Assembly: GCA_030704615.1 (NCBI GenBank)
Contig: CM060732.1
Location: 1,550,001 to 1,614,000 of the forward strand
Source of the DNA: Takakia lepidozioides
Taxonomy: Eukaryota > Plantae > Bryophyta
Direction: 5' to 3'
Length of the DNA stretch: 64,000 bases
This document shows, piece after piece, positions 13,901 to 26,495 of this stretch. Position 1 is the stretch's first letter, and each line of letters begins with the position of its first letter. The notes under the pieces were generated by a model, which worked only from the letters and a program-made list of their open reading frames with translations, was not told the origin of the DNA and did not search any database. A program made the translations under genes and the position numbers.

Positions 13901-15020
13901 GTTGGGCTTCACCCCTTCCCACATCATTTGATCACAGGTCTCCAAAGCCACAATCCCCCCTTGCGTGCCACGACACCACCATCTTGTTCAGCCATAGCGT
14001 TGAAAACTGCCTTCGCATCCTCTTTCCCCTTTTCCAGAGCTGCCAGGCTTGCACACGCATTGCAAACGCACACAAACGTGATGTGGTCGGGCTTCACCCC
14101 TTCCCCCATCATTTGATCAAAAGCCACCATCCCACGTCCCTGCTATGCATACCCTGCAAGCATCGCGTGCCACGACACCACATCTCGTTCAGCCATAGTG
14201 TTGAAAACTGCCTTTGCATCCTTAATGCACGTACATTTGGCATACATGTCGACCAGGGCAGTGTTCAGAATGACATCTGGTACAATTCCAGCTTTCACGA
14301 TGTCATCATGGACCTCTTTCCCCTTTTCCAGGGCTCCCAGGCTTGCACACGAATTGCAAACACAAACGAACGTGATGTGCAACATTTGCTCATAGGTCTC
14401 CAAAGCATTCCTACCACACCCATGCTTGGTAAATCCTGCCAACATTATATTCCACGTGATCAAAGATGGTCGAGGCATTCTGTGGAAAACCTGGTGAGCA
14501 TCCATGATGCTCCCACACTTAACATACATGTTGACAAGGGTGTTGAGTAGAAAAACATTTGGCGTTAATCACTTTGGATAATGTGAGTGTGCACCTGTTT
14601 CCAGCTTCCAGACCTTTCATCTTGATGCACTTAAGCAAGAGACAGAAGACGTATCTGAATCTGCTGAAATGCCTTGTTAGTTTAAAGTTGTAGAGCCTCT
14701 GTCAGTCTGCCTGCCTCACAAAGCATCTTCACATGCCCAGCAGAAGAGGCATTGTGGACTCCCTCTCTTGATCCTCTTTCAGAAGCTGTGGTCATGGTTG
14801 AGGTGCTTGATTTGATCAACTGTGCCGCTTCAGCTGCTACCTTTACTTGACCATCTACCCATGCAGGTTTCTTGTAGCTATTGATCCACATGGAATCATA
14901 GGTAATCTGGAGCTTGAAGTCCAGCCCTCTTGGATGAACCTGGGCCCACACTCTATCCCTGCTCCTTCAGCTATCCATGCCTCTGCACAAATCATGCATA
15001 CTACATCCTTGCCTTGCTGC
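10949..15020 (-). pseudogene. PLS-class PPR (E/E+/partial DYW) RNA-editing factor pseudogene cluster 1
   Basis: Many near-identical P-L-S units ([70 protein letters not shown]). E domain GCMVDLLGRAG...VVWKAVLGACRIHGN. PG box KQPGRCCI. DYW start [14 protein letters not shown]. Frameshifted and scrambled. Confidence 0.92.
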
Positions 15021-15700
15021 TAGCACCTGACAATGACAGCCTAGATTTGTTCTAGGAAACACCTAACTCAACTTATCACACTAGTTCCTATGGTCGATTG
15101 CATCTGCTACTCTTTGTAATCCAACAAGCATTCACCTTTTTGCCTCGATTGTCCTGCCATTGCCTGGGGTCAGAAAAGTATCAGAATTCAACATGAAAAT
15201 TTAGGGCCAATTCTGATAAGAGGGAAAAACAGGGTGAAATCTGTTGAAGAAGGTACCTTCATTAGAAGTGCCTGATTTTATCAATTGAGCCGCTGGTGCT
15301 GTGGCTTCCAGTTCACCATCTACCCATGCAGGTTTCGTGTAGCTATCCTTCCACAGGGAATCATAGGTAATCTGGAGCTTGAAATTCGGCCCTCTTGGAT
15401 GAATCTGGACCCACACTCTATCCCTGCTCCTTCAGCTATCCAGACCTCTGCACAAATCATGCACACATCCTTGCCTTGCTGCAGCTAGCAGCTGAAGCAG
15501 CTGACACTGACGCCCTAACCCTACCTACAGTAACATGTCAAAATCACTCCAAAACCACCATAGATCCACCAACGAGCTTCTCCTAATCTATGTTATCTGT
15601 TTTTGGATACTTTCCTGCTGCCACATCGGCAGTAACTTGTCAAAGTCACTCCTAACCACCACAGATCCACCCAACGAGCTAACTTACAGAATTCAATATG
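14810..15700. repeat. Two tandem copies of the PPR 5'/N-terminal module
   Basis: Shared core ccatctacccatgcaggttt...cccacactctatccctgctccttcagctatcc...ttgccttgctgc, also present at 30617-33040 and 35190-35356. Confidence 0.85.
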
Positions 15701-15705
15701 CATCT

Positions 15706-16520
15706 CAGGGCCGAGTCTGATGAGAGGGTAAAACAGGCAGAAATAGGTTGAAGAAGAAGGTGCCCTCACCACATTGTCGACCTTGACCTTGTGTCATGAC
15801 CCATGGAGGATTTGACAGACCATCAACCCAAAGATCCTCTTGTGTGTGCTGCTTGTGTCCATCATCAGGAACTGTCGGATTGGTTTGTGAGAACAACCAC
15901 GGTGCAGCTGAGCAGAGATTGAAACACGGCCTGCTAAGACCAAGCTCTCTCCCAAGAACCTTGTAAACATCAGGAAGAATACCAAATCATGGTACTAACA
16001 GGAGCCAACAGCCCACATTTACACGATGGACAAACTTCTTCACATCGTACATTAAGAAAAAGCCACACCTTGCGATTGCGGTTGTCGCACCATCGTGAAG
16101 GATCTTTACAAAATTCATGCCTGCTCTGCTCCGTGCTGCAAATTCAGGGCCGAGTCTGATGAGCGGGCAAAACAGGCTGAAAGACGTCGAAGAAGGTGCC
16201 CTCACCACATTGTCCTCGACCTTGTGTCATGACCCATCGAGGATTTGACTGACCACCTCGTGTGTGTGCTGCTTGTGTCTGTAGTCAGGTAATGTCGGAT
16301 TGGTCTGCGAGAGGATTGGTCTGCGAGAACCACCACGATGCAGCTGAGCGGGCGGAGATTGAAACACGGCCTGCTAAGACCAAGCCGACTTTCCCAAGAA
16401 CGTTGTAAACATCAGGAAGAATACCAAATCATGGTACTAAGAGCCCACATTTGCAGGATGGACAAACATCTTCACATCGTACATTAAGAAAAGCCACTCC
16501 TTGCGATTGCGGTTGTCCAC
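15706..16520. repeat. Tandem duplication with a ~440 bp unit
   Basis: cagggccgagtctgatgag...catcaggaagaataccaaatcatggtactaa...ttgcgattgcggttgtc occurs at ~15706 and ~16145. Confidence 0.85.
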
Positions 16521-17200
16521 CCAAGCTATTGCATATCCTGCAGATCCTCCCACGCAAACACAGCAAAACTATCAAGTCCCATAACTTACTCATCGCTGAA
16601 CGCAACCCCGCAACCCTAAATCCATTTTGAATTATTTGGATGAATGTATCGTAGATGGATGGATTTTGGTTTTCCATCAATCTATCCATCCATCCATTTA
16701 ATTTTCCGTTCATCCAATAGTTGCCAGAAAGGCGTTTGCTTTACCGTTCATTCATACGTTCATCCAGTGCACACAAATTATATTTCATACGTTCATCCAA
16801 CAGCTGCCAGCAAGACGTTTGTTTATCATTCGTTCAGATAATTCAGTTGTTCTGTTTCACTAACCTTTCATATGTTCATCCAATAGCTGCCAGCAAGGCG
16901 TTTATTTATCATTCGTTCAGATAATTCAGTTGTTTTGTTTCACTAACCTTAACCAGCACACGATTAGTTTACTATTAATGTGTTGGGTCAGTGAAAAAAT
17001 AGTTAAATGTTTTTACTTCTTATTATCCACGTATATATTGCCATAAATAGTTTATATATTGTGATTACACATGCCATTGCTTAATTGGTTGTCTCAGTCA
17101 GCTCATTTTAGGTAGTCAAAATCTCACTACAGTCAAAATTTTCGCGGTTGTCTAGCACCTCGAATATTTTAATATAAATTCTCATGTTCCTTCCACATAA

Positions 17201-19368
17201 CTGGCAGCATTGAGGGAGGAGCTCAAGCAAGAGTTTGAGGCAAGAATTGTCACTGAGTGTGCAAATAAGGTGGATGTGGAGGCCAACCATAAGTTGCAGA
17301 AAGAGTTGGAGGACGCTCAGTCTGCCTTACAACTTGCAAAGGGAAACCTGATTGAAGCAAGTTTGGAGCAGGAGAAGTTGCATGAAGTGCACAAGCAGCA
17401 GTTATACCAGTTGCAAGTGAAGCATGAGGGCAAACTGCAGGAAGTGAAGTTGCTTCATACAGAGTTGGAGGCAGTTCATTAGAGAATGACCATCCAATGT
17501 GCCTCACTAACAACTACTCTGGAGCAAACTGCATTAGAAGTTAACAAACAAACAGAGAGATGTATGATGGTGGAGGCTGAGACAGTGGAGCAAGGGAAAC
17601 TCATTGCTGACTTGAAGGCTACTATTCGTCGCAATGAGGATACATTCCAATAGTGCAGTCAGATTGAGGCTGAGAAGGACAGGTACATCCTTGAGTTGCA
17701 GCAAACACTTACATCACGAAAGAATGAGCTTTCTGTGACTACCAAGGCTTGGAAGGAAGCCAATAATCTGGCTGCTGCCTATGCGGGCCTGGTTGAACCT
17801 CATGCGAAGCGCATGGAGGCTTTATAGCAGCAGTTAGATATGTGCAGACTCAAGGAGGAGCAGACTCTCAGGGGTGCTACACATGACTTGGTGGATAATC
17901 ATCTTATGCAAGTGTGGTAAATACAAGGGCCGGTAGAAAGGAAGGCACCAAGGAAGCTCACACAGGAGGAGATGAATGATCTCAGGCTGCAGGTGCAGAA
18001 CATTGCCACAACCACTATAGACAATGTCTATAGTAGAATAACTTGAGTTGCAGGATGATGTGGAAGGTGCAAACTCAAGTGGATGACTTGAGTTCCAACA
18101 TTGACAAAAGAGCCTTTGTTCCTGAAGAGCAGCTGGTGGCTACTTATTTGCATGCGAAGACTCTGATTTTCCAATCTTCATCACAGGAGGTGCAGGATTT
18201 GTCAACAATAGGAGGGACAGTGGCGGCCATATCACAACAACCACAGCAGGTCGACACTGTTGATACCATGGCCCTGCAGCAATCTAAGGTTTGGGGGGAT
18301 GTTGTTTTTAACCCACCTAAGACTCCTGCTGCACTTGAGTACAATCGGGCTATGATTATGCCCTTCAACCAAATTCCCATTGTGATGGATTTGGCCTTGA
18401 AGGAATTCAGTCATCTAGAGTCTTTGGCACACTATTACCAAATCATGCGCATTTGGTTGCCAGTGGCAACTCGGACTAAGGTTCTTCCGAACAACCGACC
18501 CATTGAGGATCACCATTTTGCAAGGTACTGGTCTGAGGCAGGCACCATGTTGAAAGAATTAATTGCCTTCCAAATTGTTCATGGGTACATCTACACCAAG
18601 ACCAAGGAGGTACCTAGTTTGGTTATGGGCTGTGGATTATACTATGCTGCTTGTTTCATTGCACGTTATCACATTGAGCAACAGAAGATGCAGTCCAGAT
18701 TTCAGAGTTATTCCACTGGGGATCATTGGATCTTACCTTCAGTTCCACCCCATACGTATCTGTATGATGTAAAGGTCATGTTGCAGAAGGATCCTCAACT
18801 TCGTTTTTGGGTCCATTTTGCTTTGGACAGTTTGGCCAAGGAAAAATTTGGCTTTGACGATATTTTTTATAAGGGACATGAAGCCTGTAAATACTTACAC
18901 TGTTCTAAGGTCATTGGCACACCTCTCACCTATATGGACAAGGAGCTTCGGGAGTAGACTAATTATGCTCGCAAGAGATTGATGCAAGTTCTAAAATTTA
19001 AACTTCCAGATATGGTGGGCAAACAATGTGTGCCACGCAGGATTCCCGAGAAGCCCCATAAGATCAGAGCATCGAAAGACAACAGGGGGGACGATGATTC
19101 GGATACAACTAGTTCTATGGAGGAATCTTTTGACATGGCGGAGGACTATGCACTACAGATGGCAGAGAAGAAACGACGGGGATCTCCTATGCCTGAGAAG
19201 TTACCTCCTTATCAACCAAAGGGGGACAGACATTTCCATTTGGTGACCAGTCCTCTCCACCAGCCAGTGATAGGGCTCAAGCTCGCACACAGAGCCCTCC
19301 ACGAGACTCTCACCGACAGAAAGGTCCTCGTTCACAGAGGTTTGCTAATCCTAAACAGTAAACCGTGA
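17201..19368 (+). pseudogene. Decayed extra 3' ORF of the Gypsy family (long coiled-coil N-terminal part, unknown C-terminal domain)
   Basis: E/K/Q/L-rich reading frame from 17201, continuing through isolated stops and one frameshift into ORFs 18043..18957 and 18979..19368. Ends immediately before the PPT and LTR. Confidence 0.7.
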
Positions 19369-19382
19369 GGACACGGCTTTCT

Positions 19383-19399
19383 GAGAGGGGGAGGGGTAA
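19383..19399 (+). promoter_or_regulatory. Polypurine tract
   Basis: GAGAGGGGGAGGGGTAA directly before the TG of the LTR at 19400. Confidence 0.9.
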
Positions 19400-20285
19400 T
19401 GTTAGAGGGTTGTCTGGGACTTAGACACTTTTATGGGTTTTGTGGGGTACCCTTAATTTTTGCACAGACTTACGGATGGTAGACTTGGACTAGCATAAGC
19501 CTTTGGGGTGGTAGACGGGCTTACACAGTCAGTCACAGTATTACACAGTTAGACACAGCCCGACACAGTCAACCACAGCCCGACACAGCTTCACACAGCC
19601 AGTTACAGCTCGGCACAGTCACAGCCCGACACAGCTTGGCACAGCCCGTCACAACATATATAGGGAACGGTTATCATTGGCAGGGAATGACATCTGCAGA
19701 GGGAACGTGCTTACTTCGTGGGTGACAGTTAGTTAGTTAGGCGGTTAGAACAGCTTGCAGATAAATTAGGCAGAGCAGCAACATAGAGGACACTTCTGGA
19801 AGAGCACTTCTTGGTCATGAGGAGAGGAGATCAGGCAAAGAGCACGAACGAGAGCAAAGATGGAGAGCACGGTGAAGGAGGAGAGACGATCTATAGATGC
19901 TTGATAAATGCAAAGCTGTAGGGTGATACTGTAGAGCAGATTAGAGACACTATGGCTTCAGCCTGTTATTTGATATAACTTAATCTGATACATATTCCGT
20001 ACTCATATTGTGTAGAGAGACCTGAGGGAAGCTGTGGAATGAATGGAAGAGTGAATGGAACCCGGTGGATTGTTGAAGTAATCTGATACTTAAATATAAC
20101 AGTAAGGTAACTTGCTGACATGAAGGCAAGAAGGAATACAAACAAGAAGCACTTCCATGATACACTAGTTGTAGGTCATGACTGATTGTTCTGAGCGTGC
20201 TGAGTGCTTAGAGATATCCAACTCTTCTATCTTGGAGTTCCCACCTCGGATAGCAAAGGGATGGGTGAGTAAAAGCCGCTCGACA
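19400..20285 (+). repeat. 3' LTR of copy A (886 bp)
   Basis: TGTTAGAGGG...GCCGCTCGACA, preceded by the PPT and followed by ATTCC. Shares diagnostic internal variants with 7586-8434 that differ from the LTR at 51499. Confidence 0.95.
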
Positions 20286-22475
20286 ATTCCATGACTGTAA
20301 TTCCTAGTTACTGACTGTGCATGATGGGAAGCACAAGATACAGGTCACCACTAAGAAATCTAGTAGGCTACCTGCTACCAGAAGACCTCGTGGAGTCAGA
20401 GAGTATGACTGGAGGGGAGGACTTGATGAGGAGCAGGAAGCTACCCTGTTGGCTGCACACCCAGAGTGGGAGCAGGTTGCAGAAATGCAACTGGGAGGTC
20501 TGAGTTGTTTTAAAGGTATCTGTTGTGGTGCAGTAACAGCCACACCAATTGAGGATGAAACAAGTAGTTACCCACCACATTTCTATGAGGAAAAAAAGGG
20601 AGAAATGGAAATCCTAGAAGAACCAGCCACTGTGAGTTTACAAGATGAAGTAGTGGTTGGATAAACAATCACAACTGAGGAGCAAGTGAGAGAAGTGAAT
20701 GTGGGAATTGAGGAGGAACCAAGAATGGTGAAAGTAGGGGCTGACTTGGAGCCAGAATTCTTTGAGGAGGCTAAGAGCCTGTTTATCAAATACAAAGATG
20801 TATTTGCATGGAGCTATGAGGATCTGAAAGGGATACCCCCTGAGATTTGCCAGCATAAGATTGAATTGGAACCAGGGTCAGTGTCAATCAAACAGGCAAA
20901 GTACAGGATGAATCCCAACTATGCACAGAAGGTTGGGGAAGAGATCAAGAAGTTGGCTGAGGCTAAGTTCATATACCCGATAGAGTATACAACTTGGTTG
21001 TCACCCATTGTAATAGTTCCCAAGAAGAATGGTAAACTGAGAGTTTGTGTGAACTATAAGAAGCTGAATGCTTGTACAAAGAAAGATCCATTTCCCTTGT
21101 CATTTACAGAAGTTGTACTGGACACTGTGGCAAGCCATGAGATGTACTCATTCATGGATGGCTTCAGTGGGTATAACCAAGTGAAAGTGGCGGAAGAAGA
21201 CCAGGGAAAGACAACTTTTATCACAGACTGGGGTGCTTATGCATACAAAGTTATGTCTTTTGGACTTTGTAATGCACTAGCAACTTTTCAGATAGTGATA
21301 AGCGAATCCTTCCTTGAGTATCTGGATGATTTCATGCAAGTGCTCTTAGATGACTTCTGTGTGTACAACTCTAAGAATGAGCACTTGCAGAAGTTGGAGT
21401 TATGTTTGGCCAGATGCAGGATGAGATGTCTTGGTCTAAATCCAGAAAAGTGTACTTTCTGTGTGAACTCAAGGGTACTATTGGGACACACTGTGTGTAA
21501 GAAGGGACTGCTTGTGGATCCTAGAAAGAAGAGAAGCATTGGGAGCTGTGTTAGCCCGAAATGTCATAGGAAACATAGATTCACCTATGTACTATGCTAG
21601 CAGATTGTTGAACAGTGCTGAGAGGAACTATAGCACTATTGAAAGAGAAGCTTTGGCAATGATTTATGTAGTCAAGAAATTCAGGCATTACCTATTGGGA
21701 AGGAAGTTTATATTTTATGTGGATCATCAGACTTTGATTTATCTGGTGAACAAGCCTTTGATAAGTGGCAGGATAGCAAGATGGTTAATAATCTTGCACG
21801 AGTTTGAATTCAAAGTTGTTTACAAGCCTGGCCATTTGCATCTTGTGGCAGATCATTTGTCACGCCTATCAACAGGAGAGCCGGCCACGGGAGTAGACGA
21901 CCAACTACCTGATGCGAGTTTATTTGCAGTGGAGGTGCAGGGAAGTGCAGATGATTGGTTAGATTGGCAGTGGCCAATCAGATATTACCTTACTCATCAG
22001 TGCCCACCCAGTTATGGGAAGGAGCAAAGGAAAAGAATAGCTATCAAGGCTTTACCATATATTATGATAGGGGGAAGATTATATAAGCTGGGACCTGATG
22101 GAGTTCTTAAACGATGCTTGTACCACCATGAAGTAAATAAAGTTTTGGAAGAAGTTCATAAATGAGTGGCTGGAGGACATTTTGGAGAGGAGACTACCAG
22201 TAGGAAAATACTACTTGCAGGTTACTGGTGACCTACTTTGTTCAAGGATGTACATAAGTATTGCAAGAGTTGTGATGAGTGTCAGAGGCTAGGACCTTTT
22301 CAAAGATCTGGGAAGATGGCTTTGCATCCTACGATGCCTACTGAACCATTTCAGAAATGGGGATTAGACTTTGTTGGACCACTTAATCCACCAGCCAGGA
22401 ATACACAGAACAAGTATATAATCATAGCCACTGATTATACTACAAAGTGGGTGGAAGCTTCCAGTGGAATTCTTA
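20286..22475 (+). mobile_element. Gypsy copy B continuation (post-protease, RT, RH, partial INT) with internal deletions
   Basis: Resumes at ATTCCATGAC (...FHD), exactly where 8435 broke off. ORFs 20317..22603 carry RT, RH and INT motifs. Confidence 0.93.
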
Positions 22476-23069
22476 GCTCCAGCTCCATCCCTCAGCTCCA
22501 GATGGTCCTTCCCTTCCCCGATGACCAAGTCATGATCCCCAAGAAACCCCCCTCCATGTTGCTACTCTGCCTATTCTACCTGACAACTGTTCTAACTGCC
22601 TAACTAACTAACTGTCATCCAGACAGAATGCACATTCCCTCTGCAAATGTCGTTCCCACACAGTCGTTCCCTGCCGCTAATAACCGTTCCCTGTGAATGC
22701 TGTGATGGGCTGTCCCAAACTGTGTCGGGTTGTGACTGTGCCAAGCTGTGACTGGCTGTGTTGGACTGTGTTGGGCTGTGATTGTGCCAAGCTGTGACTG
22801 GCTGTGTTGGGCTGTGTGGGGCTGTGATAGACTGTGATAGGCTGTGATAGGCTGTTAAGGCTGTGACAAGCTGTGATTGGCTGTGTCGGACTGTGACTAG
22901 CTGTGTCGGACTGTGTCTAACTGTGTAAGGCTGTGACTGACTGTGTATGCCTGTCTACCACCCCTAAGGTCTGTGCTGGTCTAAGTCTACCATCCATAAG
23001 TCTGTGCAAAAATTAAGGGTACCCCATAGAACCCGTAAAACTGTCTAAGTCCCAGACAGCCCTCTAACA
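22476..23069 (-). repeat. Partial LTR (5' ~590 bp) of the same family, inverted relative to the adjacent pol
   Basis: Ends ...cagccctctaaca at 23069 (TGTTAGAGGG on minus). Expanded ACACAGCC minisatellite. No PPT before it. Confidence 0.88.
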
Positions 23070-23708
23070 GACTTGAAGCCGTTTTGAGGCAGCAAGGTGG
23101 CAGATTTGAAACAACAACTGGCATCAGCAGCAATCCCTTATGCAAGAATCAGACTCTGCAAGCTTCAAGAATTCAAGACAAGTGAAGACCCTCGCCTGTG
23201 CCCGTCCCAAAAACCACCACACAAAGATGTGTGTTAGTGAGGATGCATCAGGTGAGTAGCAGGTCTTCACAGTTGCTATCCATGTCAGTGCTGAATTCTA
23301 AAGCATGTACAAATCACAATTCAAGCAAGGGTAACCTCAAAAGACCTTGAGTGTTTGCGGTATGCCCTGCGCCATGGCGTCCAACAGATCGTCTCCAACA
23401 GAATGCAATCAAAGTAGAAGGGTTCACAGATAGAGAAGAGCTCATACAAAGTGAAAGAGCCATATGTAATCTGTAGATAAATAGGGGTAGAGTACTTCCC
23501 AACGAGGAGTAAAAGTGCCGCTGCAAATTAAAAAGAACCATGAGGGTCTGAGCAAAGCAATCATCGCTTTGTCGCCTGCCAGAGAAGAATCAATGCGCAT
23601 CCCAAGAGCCAGCCATCAGGGTACCATGCAGCAGCCGGGGAGCAGATTTACACGGCGCATCATCAAGGATCCCTGAAGCACAAGTTCTGTGCTGTGAAAG
23701 GTGTGGAC

Positions 23709-24807
23709 CAGTGTTGGGCGGGTATATGAATTACCCTGATATACCCGCCTGATATATCAGGATATATTCATATATATATACTTTGGTGTGGCAAGTTAGG
23801 TACCCGGATGTATACCCTTATATCAGGGTACATTTTTATGACATACCCTTATCCTTATATTTACCCTGCATCAAGACCCTCAATATACCCTACTTTCCTG
23901 AAGGGTATATGTTAAAATGAAGGGTATATCTAATCAGGGTATATAAGGGCATTTATGTGCCTTCATAGCCTTTATGTGCTAGGTCTTTTCTCTTTTTGTT
24001 GTGTTGTTAGGGAGCCTTGAGCTATAAGAAAGCTCCAATCACAGCTAAAACAAATGTTACATATATATCATTCCTTAAATGTCATATAACACAAACAATA
24101 CCTCTTTAGATCTCGCATATATATACATAAAAGGAAACCTGACAACCCACAATTTAGGTCCTTTAGGGGTTTTTATTTATTTATTTATTTAAGGAAATAT
24201 GGGAGCGACAGCCCACAATTCAGGCCCTTGAGGAGGGGGAAAGATTAACCCCCTTTCATTTATGGGCCATGAGACCTACGGGACGATCAACGCCCAGACA
24301 TACCGTCACACGAACAATCCCACACACGGGGCAGGGCAACGGGTTCGAACCCCGAACCACCTGAGTGACACACACTGTGCACTTACCAGCTGAGGTACCA
24401 GCTGATGTGTTTTTTTTTAAATCGCAAACCTCCTCCATCTTGCATTGGAAATTAACACCAAAATATTATGCAATATCTTATCAATTTTCTCTTTTACCAT
24501 AGATTGTTTTTTTTGTGTTTTGTACATATTGAAGAACATCAGATATTCTTTAAAACCATTAAATTATATATTAATGGAAATAACTATCCATACCCGGAAA
24601 CTATTCATACCCTCAGGGTATATTTTGGCATATATATCCATACCCGGGGGTTATATAGAAATCTGAAAAGTTAATTTACCCATACCCGGAGGGTAAATAA
24701 TTTTTTGAGATTTCAATTTATACATACCCGGAGGGTAAATGATTTGACAAAAATAACTTACTTATACCCTAAGGGTATATTGAAATCAATATACCTGCAC
24801 AACACTG
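23709..24807. mobile_element. Non-autonomous hAT-like DNA transposon
   Basis: 17-bp TIRs CAGTGTTGGGCGGGTAT / ATACCTGCACAACACTG (2 mismatches). Near-8-bp TSD gtgtggac / ggtggac. Many subterminal ATACCC/GGGTAT motifs. No transposase. Confidence 0.8.
24170..24405 (-). mobile_element. tRNA-derived SINE nested in the hAT-like element
   Basis: Minus strand: A-box-like TACCTCAGCTGGT, B box GGTTCGAACCC, (AAAT)n tail at 24170-24190. Confidence 0.7.
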
Positions 24808-26495
24808 GGTGGACCTGCTTAGGGCACAGATCCCCGATTTCGCATCCAGGGGGGATGAAAAGTCGCATTCTAGCAGGAGATGCACTTGTCAATGGATGAC
24901 ATCCATTAAAAAGGTAACTTTTAGGGTTAGGTATAGGCTCAAGCTTAATAACCGCCATCGTTTATAATAAATGATGGTAAAATTACTATCTCTTGGATTA
25001 AAATAGGTCACCATCATTAATGGAATTCATCCAGTTTGGATGAAAAAAAAGAAAACAAATGATAAACCAAGATTTCTGCACAGTAAGGGTCATCATCCTA
25101 ATAATTTCATCCAGATTTGGATGAGAAAAGAGATAAGGATGAAAAACCAAAATCTGCATAGTAAGGGTCATCATCCTTCAGAAAATTCATCCAGTTTTGG
25201 ATGAAAAACCAAATAACCAGCATTAAAAAGGTTCAGGCCAGATGAAATCCAAAGAGTTAGTAGCTGCTCAGTCACTCCCCCACCCCCCCCCCCCCCCCCG
25301 ACATTTTTTTATTTTTATTTTTTTTGTTTCCTGATCTCTCCCTCTCTCCCTCTCCCTCTATACAAGGAACTTGCTTGTATTTTTTCCAAAACCCAAGAAG
25401 GCTTGGACTAATTCTGTCTAAACCATATTTTAATTTCATCCATACTGGATGTAATCATGAAAATGGATGAACTCCATTAAAGACTATTCTCTGGTAGCTG
25501 GGTTCTTTGGATGATTTTGGTCATGAGAACTAACCCTAATGAAAGCCAGATTCTATTTTGGATGCCATCCCTACTGGATGACATCATGATGAAATCAGGG
25601 AAGTTCTTTACATCTCATTACCTATTTTTCATCTAATTTGGATGAAATTGCAAAGGTTTGCCCTATCTCTTCCTCTGCCCTAAAAATCTGCACGATACTC
25701 GTGCATTTTGATTCTGCTGGAGCTGAGAGATTTAAACACGAATCTTGTGAATTTGATGGCTATGGAGAAGCTTTATGACAGCCTGCAAGTGCTCTGGCAA
25801 GATTCCAGTACTTTTCGATCCCCCTTGGGGTACGCAATGGCGGCAGAGCTTCCCTCAATGAGGTTGTCTCTTCCCTTGGCGGACAATCTACCCTATGTGA
25901 TTGTTTGTCGATCCGTTCAATGGTCATTAAGATCCAGCGCTGCTCTTAAACTTTCAGGACGTCTCTTCACCTAATAAAATGCTCGTAGAAATCAGCAAAT
26001 CGTTGTTTGTTTGTGCTGTCGATTGTCGAGTTCTTGGAGCTATGTCGAATCCTCTTCCACAAACCCTTAAGGTTGTGGGCTATCTTTGCTTTTCTTTTGA
26101 TCTCTTCTTGCTTTTGAACGCATGTTGTACAGCGATAACAAGCGTGAGGCCTGATATTCACCTGGGGTTCCACATCTTCACTAACTTCATTGTTTTTTGA
26201 TTGCATGTGATGGGACCAGGTGAGGGCCCTCACTTAACATGACTTATGAAGCTTGAAGTTGATTGAATCCAAGCAATTGAGGCAATGTCGACTCCAACTG
26301 ATCTTCAGGGAGCTGCTTCAAATCTGCTTCCATATACCTTCTGGCTATGCTTCCACCCTTCATTGTTGAGCATTGTTCATTAGATGAGCTTTACTAGAAT
26401 ACATACTTTCTTTTAAAGACTCCTACTTTTGATTTCTACACTCTATCATGGGCTGGATTTGCTGTTTACAGCCCAATATGTGTTCTTATTTTTTG

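Noticed and set aside
17125-17140. CACTACAG as a CACTA terminus at the inversion breakpoint
   Set aside because: It lies ~75 bp from the junction, faces the wrong way to form it, and has no partner TIR or TSD.
24330-24405. Functional tRNA gene
   Set aside because: A and B boxes are present, but there is no acceptor stem, and a body plus simple-repeat tail follows. It was called as a SINE instead.
25708-26233. Short ORFs as a host gene
   Set aside because: No recognisable domain or consistent exon chain.
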